Virus record (IMG/VR): IMGVR_UViG_3300022309_000008
Span: 1-50,754 of that record
Source of the DNA: a virus
Taxonomy: Duplodnaviria; Caudoviricetes
DNA length: 50,754 nt
Strand: one strand, 5' to 3'
Shown here in pieces: positions 43,847-50,754 of this stretch. The notes under the pieces were generated by a model that was given only the letters and a program-made list of their open reading frames with translations, made no database searches and was not told the DNA's origin. How positions within the stretch are numbered: position 1 is the first letter of the stretch; every line of letters begins with the position of its first letter. Position numbers and translations under genes: made by a program.

Positions 43847-45220
43847 ATGGCCATCAATTACGCCCAACTGTTTGTCGAACTCGGAAAGATCGTCAAGACC
43901 TGCGACCAATTGCGTTTGTCAGCCGTTGGGGGTGGGTCGTCCAAGCCAGATACGCCAGCGTTACTGGGCGAAGTCCGATCCGCATACCAAGCAGGAGGCC
44001 GCCAGGATCTTCTCCCGGATGTCGAATCATATTTCCGAAACGCCAGAGATTCGCTGTCATCCTCAGCCGGCTCCGTCGCCACGCTAGCGGACTCCCGTCT
44101 ACGCCACCGCGACAGCGTTCTAGTCATGCTTTCCAGCGTGTCGGAAGGGGTGTCAATGGACGAATTGCTTACCGAGCTGGCGCGAGACATGGTCCAAAAC
44201 GTTGAAACCATTCAAAACGGCATCGTTACCATTGGCGCCGTACAAACCGCCGCTGGGAACTCCGGTAATGGTGTCGTGTATTTGACCAGCGTGCTGGATG
44301 GCGTCAGCGCTCCGACTCGCCGTTCAGCTGCGAATTTGCGGTATGCGGGTCTCGAAAGTGCGCTTGCCGTTCCAGCAGAAACGATGGCGTTTACTTGTTC
44401 GCGAGACTCCGACACAGATGGTACGGCTATCGGTCAGGAACGTTTCGCCTGGGAAGGCCAACCCGCGCCAATCGTCGGGCCATGGGACTGGCGATCCGAG
44501 GGGTCAGGCGAATCTGTTGACGTCCCTTGTCTGGACACATACGACATCCTGCAAAACCGATCATTTTCCCTTTATTCAGGGGTCAACGTCCCGAGCAGTT
44601 GGGACATTGACGACGGGACGCCTGGGGTTCATATCGTCCAGGAAGCATTGGCGGCTGACGTATTCCGAGGCCCGTTTAGTCTGAATCTCGTCGGCGATGG
44701 CGTCCAATCGCAGATTCGATTACTCCAGACGGTTTCGCCGCTACTGCTCCAACCACGTCGCCGGTATGGCTGCGTGTTGTGGTACAAGGGCGATGCCGGT
44801 GTTTCCGCGGGGACATTGACGTTGCGTTTTTACTCGGACTCAGGCGAATATGTGGCCTCCGGTTCTGAGACAATTACGCTCAATTCCGCGACGCTCGCCG
44901 CAAACACCACATGGACGCCGGTATTGTTCGAACTCAATACCCCGGCTGCGCTGCCGGATGACCTCCAATTTGAAATCCTGTGGTCTGGAACCCCAAACGG
45001 CTCGATCCATCTGGGGAACGTCTCATTCGGGCCGTTTGTCTACGCCAACGGCATTGGTGCCATTGTGTCGGCTGGTAACGTCCAATTTGCGTTGCGCGAC
45101 CGCTTCACAGTAGCAGTCAGCAATGCGGAAGGGGTGTTTGGGCGCTTCTTCCGTCGCGCTTATGGCGCCCAGTTGCCGTTCTCAGGGACGCCAAGCATTG
45201 CCGACAGTCTTGCCACATAA
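43847..45220 (+). CDS. Only plus-strand gene; putative structural protein with a C-terminal carbohydrate-binding-like jelly-roll
   Basis: 457 aa with a GGGAG RBS. ILQNRSF...PSSW...LLQTV...L.P...Y...W..G is a CBM4/9-like pattern. Confidence 0.7.
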   Translation: MAINYAQLFVELGKIVKTCDQLRLSAVGGGSSKPDTPALLGEVRSAYQAGGRQDLLPDVESYFRNARDSLSSSAGSVATLADSRLRHRDSVLVMLSSVSEGVSMDELLTELARDMVQNVETIQNGIVTIGAVQTAAGNSGNGVVYLTSVLDGVSAPTRRSAANLRYAGLESALAVPAETMAFTCSRDSDTDGTAIGQERFAWEGQPAPIVGPWDWRSEGSGESVDVPCLDTYDILQNRSFSLYSGVNVPSSWDIDDGTPGVHIVQEALAADVFRGPFSLNLVGDGVQSQIRLLQTVSPLLLQPRRRYGCVLWYKGDAGVSAGTLTLRFYSDSGEYVASGSETITLNSATLAANTTWTPVLFELNTPAALPDDLQFEILWSGTPNGSIHLGNVSFGPFVYANGIGAIVSAGNVQFALRDRFTVAVSNAEGVFGRFFRRAYGAQLPFSGTPSIADSLAT

Positions 45221-45655
45221 GACCTCGGCGAATGCCCGCCGCAAGACAGGATCGACCACGGACGCCGGGTTCGCCCCTTTGCTCAAGTGCAATCGCTCCA
45301 GGCGAGAATAACTCAGATAGCGGGGACGCAAGACGCCGCCCCCTTGATAGACAACCGCGGCTGGCACCGATGGATGGTCGCTGTCACCCCAAGACGGGAT
45401 CTTGATCGCCCCATGGAAGATGGCGACTTCGCAACCAGCCACGTCCGCCAAGCATGCGGCAAGCAGAAACAACCGGTCCGGAATGTCATCACTCGGCGTA
45501 TAGTCCACGTAGATGCCGAGGTCATTGACGAACGCCAACGGTTTGTAGACATGCTCATGTTGTACGACGATTTGCCGCGGAAACAACCGAAACGTTGCGC
45601 CCGCGGCTTTAATCGCCTGCATCAACTGGGCTTCGCCTTCGCAGCGATAATCCAA
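45182..45655 (-). CDS. Hypothetical protein
   Basis: 157 aa, convergent overlap with the plus-strand gene. Confidence 0.55.
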   Translation of the reverse strand: MDYRCEGEAQLMQAIKAAGATFRLFPRQIVVQHEHVYKPLAFVNDLGIYVDYTPSDDIPDRLFLLAACLADVAGCEVAIFHGAIKIPSWGDSDHPSVPAAVVYQGGGVLRPRYLSYSRLERLHLSKGANPASVVDPVLRRAFAEVLCGKTVGNAWRP

Positions 45656-45979
45656 TTACCGCCCCCGTGCTGATCCGCGGTACCTGAAGAATGTCCGCTG
45701 GCGACTTTCGCCACTCCGGGCCGCATAGAATGTCGTTCCAGTCGCACAATTCCCTGCAACGCAGACTTGTTCCGGGATCGGCTCGAACGTGTAAGACATC
45801 GGCATTGCGACTTGATTCCTTGCCACGATTCGCGACCGCTGCCGCATGAACAATCGCGCCCGCATTTCCGGCGGGGCGCACACCTGAACGCCGTTAATGA
45901 TTTGGCATTGCCCGTGTACTGGCCCGATTACTCCCGCACCACTGGCCGCTACCACTGCAATACACATTAGCCGCTTCAT
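45656..45979 (-). CDS. Small secreted Cys-containing protein
   Basis: Signal peptide, QCQIINGVQVC and CVAGNC motifs, AAGGAGG RBS. Confidence 0.7.
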   Translation of the reverse strand: MKRLMCIAVVAASGAGVIGPVHGQCQIINGVQVCAPPEMRARLFMRQRSRIVARNQVAMPMSYTFEPIPEQVCVAGNCATGTTFYAARSGESRQRTFFRYRGSARGR

Positions 45980-45991
45980 AACAGTCCCTCC

Positions 45992-46807
45992 TTACAGGTC
46001 GTATGTCCTCTTGGGGATGTGCCCCACGACGATATTCGACCTTTCTTGAATCATCGCGTCAACGGCGCTTAACAACGCGATAACGCGCCCCTTATTTCCC
46101 CAGCGGGGACTCCATGAATTGAAAATGACGATTCCAGGCTCCGGCAGTGGTTTCCCTTGCCAATCCCCCAATCGATAGCAAGGGGCCGCCAGTGCATGGC
46201 CACCGACAGACGGCCGCGGGCTGTAAGAACGCACAATCCCATCCCGCGCCGCTTGGGAGTCCAGGCTGTTTGTCCACAAAATGCCAAAATCCAACGGTCC
46301 GACGTTCGCTACATGCAACAAGCATTCCTTGGCGCTTCGCATCACCAAATGACCCGCCGTGCCGTACTTCTTAACTCTGTCGTACCCAGCCGGCCGTTGC
46401 GGTGAATATCGTTGCGGGTATGGCCAATCCTTTTCCAGACAAATGCCGACCTCCTCCGCCAATCGGCAACCGCCCTCGATAGTCGATCCATTATCGCCGC
46501 GAATTCCGTCAATGCGCTGGGTCTCGTAATAGCCGCACGCCCTAGACAACTGCACATGCGGGCCGCCGCTGGCGACGATGCAATCCTCAATCGCTGTCGA
46601 CAACGAATGCCCGCGGCAACTCCCTTGGTTTCCTTGATCCTCAATTGGCATCCATGCCTCTTTATTCGTCCCCTCACTGGCAAGGATGGCGTCCCAATCC
46701 TTGATGTACTCGATCGGGGATGCTTGAGACATCGCCAACCTGTCGTGGCGCTCCAACTGCCATGCCCAACCACCAACCCGCGTGTCAACGTGCTCGAACA
46801 TGTTCAC
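45992..46807 (-). CDS. Papain-family (C1) cysteine peptidase
   Basis: DQGNQGSCRGHS (oxyanion Q and catalytic C), GGHAL (H), FNSWSPRWG (N). Confidence 0.9.
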   Translation of the reverse strand: MNMFEHVDTRVGGWAWQLERHDRLAMSQASPIEYIKDWDAILASEGTNKEAWMPIEDQGNQGSCRGHSLSTAIEDCIVASGGPHVQLSRACGYYETQRIDGIRGDNGSTIEGGCRLAEEVGICLEKDWPYPQRYSPQRPAGYDRVKKYGTAGHLVMRSAKECLLHVANVGPLDFGILWTNSLDSQAARDGIVRSYSPRPSVGGHALAAPCYRLGDWQGKPLPEPGIVIFNSWSPRWGNKGRVIALLSAVDAMIQERSNIVVGHIPKRTYDL

Positions 46808-46981
46808 AGCTCACCCCTCCCTAAAACAACCGCCCGCTTGGCAACATGAGTTCAACACCGATAGCCAATTCCACCAATCGCAAGATTACGACAGCTGCCA
46901 CCTCAGCGGCTTTGGACCCGACGACAACGATGACGAACAACACGGCCACTGCTATGTAGTCGCTGAACTTCGGTTGCTCGT

Positions 46982-47347
46982 TTAGCCGAGAAGTTCCTGG
47001 AGAATCCATTTGATGATGTCGTCGCCGTACGCTTCCACCAGCCGCTTGATGATAAACAACAACATTCCGCCGTGTGATGCCATTGGTGTTGTGCACCCAA
47101 GCGCAACAACCAGCTGCTCAACTCCTGTTTGTGTTTCTGGTGCCGCCGCCAGCAACACAAAACTCGGATCGGCGCTCGGCTCGACTCCGTCAAACTTGCC
47201 GATGTAATACGTGCCGATGACGCCGATCAACGTTCCCATCTGCAACTTGTTTTCCACGTTGCCCGAGGTGACTAGCTCGATCGTTTTCGCGATGGCTGCT
47301 TGCAACTGATCCTCCGTGACCTCGTATTGCGATGCGTCAATTGTCAT
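46982..47347 (-). CDS. Hypothetical protein
   Basis: AAGGGG RBS before MTIDASQY; amphipathic C-terminus. Confidence 0.6.
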   Translation of the reverse strand: MTIDASQYEVTEDQLQAAIAKTIELVTSGNVENKLQMGTLIGVIGTYYIGKFDGVEPSADPSFVLLAAAPETQTGVEQLVVALGCTTPMASHGGMLLFIIKRLVEAYGDDIIKWILQELLG

Positions 47348-47357
47348 ACAGTTCCCC

Positions 47358-48119
47358 TTATGGTTTGCCGATCCATTGAACCACCTCATCATAGGCAGCT
47401 CCGTACAGCAACGTCATCTTAACATTCTGCTGCAAGGCATATTGCCTAAACGTTGCCCATATCGCCTGGTGTTTGTCGTAAATCGGGCCGGACGCTGGGA
47501 CGCCGTTCGCTTTCAACACCGCCCACAGCGTGGCCGTGACCTCAGGCAGCGTTTTTGATTCAGTGCTGCAACTATAGGCCGCTTCCTCGAATGCGGACCT
47601 TATCGCCGCGGCTTGTGCGTCTGATACCCTGGCTTCCAACAACACGTTTCGAACCGCTGGACCGACGTTGTACGTTGTCTCCTCAATCGGTGGCAATGGC
47701 CCTGGCGGGTTCGGTCCTGGTCCTGGGCCCGGGCCTGGCCCTGGTCCCGGGCCTGGCCCTGGGCCTGGTGCAACCCCGCCGACAACCACAATGGAATACG
47801 TTTCCTGTGTGATCGTCTCACGCTCCCAATCCACCGCAAGTAATTCAGCGATGATCGTCCTGTCGATCGTTCCGGTTGGCAGAACCAACGCTTGTGTTTG
47901 CGTCCCATCCGCGGCAGTTTCGGTGAATCGTTCCGACCGCCAACCGACAGGGCTGATGCGCCAGCTTATCGCAACCCGTTTGCCGCTTGTTGCTCGCAAT
48001 ACAGCCAAGTCTCCTGGCTTGTAGGACGACTCGACTCCGCTGACCGTAACTTGTGCGATGCTCGACGCGCTGAGCGCCAACGCCAACAATACGCTTGCCA
48101 ACCGTGCCATATCCGCCAT
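47358..48119 (-). CDS. Secreted protein with (PG)n linker
   Basis: Signal peptide, Ig-like N-domain, PGPGPG repeat at about 47710-47770. Confidence 0.75.
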   Translation of the reverse strand: MADMARLASVLLALALSASSIAQVTVSGVESSYKPGDLAVLRATSGKRVAISWRISPVGWRSERFTETAADGTQTQALVLPTGTIDRTIIAELLAVDWERETITQETYSIVVVGGVAPGPGPGPGPGPGPGPGPGPNPPGPLPPIEETTYNVGPAVRNVLLEARVSDAQAAAIRSAFEEAAYSCSTESKTLPEVTATLWAVLKANGVPASGPIYDKHQAIWATFRQYALQQNVKMTLLYGAAYDEVVQWIGKP

Positions 48120-48136
48120 GTCTTCGCCCTTGTGTC

Positions 48137-48406
48137 TTACGGGTGTCTGCTCGTTTGCAACGACATCGTTTGCAACGTTTCGATGCGCTGGTCCATGTCT
48201 TTTACTCGTTCCTCAATTTTGTCAGTCGTCTTGACCAACTCCGCAATGTTGCGTCTGTTTTGCATCATTTGTTGTTGCGCGTCGTGTATTTCCGCTCGCC
48301 GTTGGCGCATGTCGCGATAGCCAAGACCCATCATCAACACCAACATCGCAATTGCTGACGCGATGCAAATTCGCTCACTCACGTTCAGCGTCGCTATCCA
48401 CTTCAT
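48137..48406 (-). CDS. Single-TM coiled-coil protein (lysis accessory-like)
   Basis: TM helix ICIASAIAMLVLMMGLGY followed by a coiled coil. Confidence 0.55.
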   Translation of the reverse strand: MKWIATLNVSERICIASAIAMLVLMMGLGYRDMRQRRAEIHDAQQQMMQNRRNIAELVKTTDKIEERVKDMDQRIETLQTMSLQTSRHP

Positions 48407-48749
48407 ATACGCCCATCTTTCTGGCTGCAAATCGGATAAACCCCACACCAATCGCTATCAGCGGGTCAGTCATTTCCTTGCCCGCCATGCCGCAAAGCGC
48501 CGCGACGCCATAAGGGCCGATAGGATTAGACATAACACCATCAAGTCCAAGAACGGCCACAGTTGCGAAACCTGTAAACCCAGAAATGCCACAGACGCCG
48601 ACAACGTAGCTAAAAGCGCGAAGATCCCTAGTAGCAGCGAGACGACACAGTGAAGCGATGAACCCCACTGTGAAAATTCCCGCGTGGAACCAGACTGTTT
48701 GGGGATCGACACTCGGCCCTGGGACAATGGCGGCGAATAAGTCATTCAA
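48375..48749 (-). CDS. Putative holin (about 3 TM helices)
   Basis: Three hydrophobic segments and a charged C-terminus, downstream of the tailspike. Confidence 0.55.
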   Translation of the reverse strand: MNDLFAAIVPGPSVDPQTVWFHAGIFTVGFIASLCRLAATRDLRAFSYVVGVCGISGFTGFATVAVLGLDGVMSNPIGPYGVAALCGMAGKEMTDPLIAIGVGFIRFAARKMGVYEVDSDAERE

Positions 48750-48779
48750 TCGCGTCTCCCGATATTAAATTCGACTGCA

Positions 48780-50754
48780 CTATACTCTCAACACGTCATA
48801 TGAGGTTCCATTGACCTCGATTCGAATCGTGCCCGCTGGAGTGGTGCCGCCTGTTGTCGTACCGTCTGACGATACAGCACACTCGTCGATCACGCTACCG
48901 CCGATGCAAAATGCAAACATCGGCTCTTTCGCAGTGTTTCCCACTTCGCTGAAATGTGCCCAGAGCTCTCGGCCTTCCTGGTAATTCGCATTGCCGATGT
49001 GATCGGTAGTCGATGCAGCTGTAGGCCAGTTTGTAGCACCATTGAGCCATAGCGGACCCCAACCATTGCCGAGGTACAGGATATTGCCGGACGATGGCGG
49101 CTGAATTCGCAGTGGCTCATGAGACCTCATCCAGCCCTCTGTTGTATCGACGCGAATGCTTGTCACGACATCATAGGTATCGGCCTGCTGATTCGTGCCC
49201 GCGATCTTCGGAATGTAGACGCCATCGAATACAACGTTGATCGTATGCACTTCACACATGCGGTCCATCTGGTCGCTCGTCGCAATGGTCGACAGGTCGC
49301 CAGCCAGCATGCCTCGGGGACGCTCCCAGACAGTCACTGCGGATGGATCGCCGTTGACCGGATCGATGCCCATGTACACTCCGCCGAACAGCTTGATGTT
49401 GTTGCTGGTGGAGTCTAGCAGGAGATTCGCCGATCCAGATTGCGTATCGCGTCCGTGCATCACCTGTCCGAAGAACTGCAAGCGATCGGTGAAGTCCGAC
49501 GTCTGGATCTGGTATTGTGCCGTCGCCACCGGATCAGAATACAGCTCTCCGAATGCCACGGTGTCTTCGCAGCCAAAATATGACTCGAAGTAATAGCCGC
49601 GGGCGTAGGAATTACCGACCAGCATCAGTCGCGATTGAGCGACAGCATAGTTTGCCCCGAAGTCGGTCTGAGTGTAATAGGTCGCGTTTCCGCTGACACT
49701 CGGATTGGTGTAGCCCGCGGTCGTCATATTCGATGCGTTGTCGTACATCGTATTGAAGGCGACTCGCGTATCGTGGATCGTGTATTCACCCCACGTATTT
49801 CCGCCAGACTTCACGGTCAGACCGGTCCTCGGATTATCGTGCATCAGGTTGCCGAGGATGACTCCGTATTCGCTCGACGCAAGCAGGATTCCGTCTGCGT
49901 GGTTGAGATCCTGATGGATGCCGTTTTCGTAGCTGTGGTTGAATGCAATTACCGGATGCAAGCAACGCTGGGCGATGTCCTGCGAGATGCCTGTTTGGCC
50001 TCCCCACCGCGTGACGTTGCCCTCGATGATAGCACCAGTGCTTTCCACTATCGCGATCAGGTCGCAGTTGTACGCATCCTGAACGGTCGTGATCGTATGC
50101 GTGCCGCTGCCGCCAGATACCGAGATCGCCGTACCATTTGACGTCGCAGCCAGTGACAGCGTATTGCTGCCGTATACCGCATCGCGAGTGTAGTAGGTCG
50201 TCGCGAGCGAGAAACCTGTCGGCAGCGTGCCTGTCGTCGTCAGCTGCACAGGGCAGCCGTCCGGAAAGCGGTGGCCTGTGCAGGTTACCGTTGTTCCAGT
50301 CGCTGTGAATGTCTTGCTCGGATCGAACAGGGCACCAGGAGCAGAAGTCCACATTTGCAGCAGATTGTCGCGAGCCTTGCAGCTTATGGAGCCGCTGTCT
50401 GCATCGCCTCCGATGCGAATGCCGAAGCTTCGCGGCCGCTGGATCAGACAGTCAGCTACCTCGACGTTGGTGCATTCGTAGATATCCACGATGCCATGAC
50501 TGAACGTGGATGAGTCCACATCAAAATACTGTCCGCAGCGATCGAGGAATACATTGCGGATTTTGCCATGCAGGCAGTCGTCGCAATAGATCCCGATCTG
50601 CAGGGAGTCTTTGATGGCGCCGCCGTCCACGGTGAATTGCGTGCAGGTATCGAATGTGATGGCTGCGTGCGAGTCTGTCCTATCGACCCAGTATCGTGTG
50701 AACCAGGTATGCGTGCCAGTTCCATCGCTCGTCAGATTGATCGCAGCCCCACCA
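48780..50754 (-). CDS. Tailspike-like protein, allele 2 (C-terminal part; N-terminus corresponds to 1796-2784 on the circle)
   Basis: Beta-helix repeats (AIIEGNVTR, VIAFNHSYEN, VILGNLMHDN) and C-terminal GTIRIEVNGTSY. Confidence 0.8.
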   Translation of the reverse strand, partial: GGAAINLTSDGTGTHTWFTRYWVDRTDSHAAITFDTCTQFTVDGGAIKDSLQIGIYCDDCLHGKIRNVFLDRCGQYFDVDSSTFSHGIVDIYECTNVEVADCLIQRPRSFGIRIGGDADSGSISCKARDNLLQMWTSAPGALFDPSKTFTATGTTVTCTGHRFPDGCPVQLTTTGTLPTGFSLATTYYTRDAVYGSNTLSLAATSNGTAISVSGGSGTHTITTVQDAYNCDLIAIVESTGAIIEGNVTRWGGQTGISQDIAQRCLHPVIAFNHSYENGIHQDLNHADGILLASSEYGVILGNLMHDNPRTGLTVKSGGNTWGEYTIHDTRVAFNTMYDNASNMTTAGYTNPSVSGNATYYTQTDFGANYAVAQSRLMLVGNSYARGYYFESYFGCEDTVAFGELYSDPVATAQYQIQTSDFTDRLQFFGQVMHGRDTQSGSANLLLDSTSNNIKLFGGVYMGIDPVNGDPSAVTVWERPRGMLAGDLSTIATSDQMDRMCEVHTINVVFDGVYIPKIAGTNQQADTYDVVTSIRVDTTEGWMRSHEPLRIQPPSSGNILYLGNGWGPLWLNGATNWPTAASTTDHIGNANYQEGRELWAHFSEVGNTAKEPMFAFCIGGSVIDECAVSSDGTTTGGTTPAGTIRIEVNGTSYDVLRV

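Larger units (their letters stand above)
1..50754 (-). mobile_element. Tailed dsDNA bacteriophage genome, probably complete and circular (unit length about 48,959 bp)
   Basis: Terminase, portal, protease, capsid, tail, recombination and replication genes are present and no host housekeeping genes were seen. The window ends repeat each other at offset 48,959. Confidence 0.93.

Noticed and set aside
48960-50754. True direct terminal repeat of the virion DNA
   Set aside because: Physical terminal repeats should be identical. These copies are identical only at about 100-120-nt anchors, the pattern expected from an assembly-graph bubble or repeat.
1-50754. tRNA genes or an alternative genetic code
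   Set aside because: No cloverleaf with T-loop/D-loop consensus was noticed by eye. Genes are full length and densely packed under the standard code.

Overview
The window looks like an essentially complete, circularly permuted tailed-phage genome of about 48,959 bp. Positions 1-1795 and 48960-50754 are the same stretch of a tailspike-like gene at a constant offset, but as two diverged alleles joined by identical 102-nt and 122-nt anchors. Almost all genes are on the minus strand, and the only convincing plus-strand gene is 43847-45220. Recognisable modules are: terminase large subunit with a Gln-initiated class 3 (WCT-motif) LAGLIDADG intein; ParB/IbrB-like and N-truncated IbrA-like genes; a RecE-like/RecT/RuvC-like/DUF932 recombination set; a DUF1376 replication initiator with internal iterons; an XRE HTH regulator; Mu-like head genes with a displaced portal; tail genes with a -1 frameshifted chaperone; and a lysis-like block with a papain-family peptidase but no recognisable endolysin. 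Surface/glycan genes include two glycosyltransferases, an FkbM methyltransferase, a sulfotransferase and a PEP-CTERM protein. No integrase, polymerase, RT, tRNA or CRISPR array was seen. The host is inferred, not shown, to be a Planctomycete-like bacterium. The most novel signals are non-coding: (i) four YGGCC-pentaloop hairpins with covarying stems, three of them in the leaders of near-identical early promoters, arranged like an antitermination system; (ii) a C4/CI-like antisense RNA switch over the RBS of the replication initiator; (iii) a shared operator and a shared late-promoter motif. All family assignments come from motif recognition by eye, and no database searches were run.
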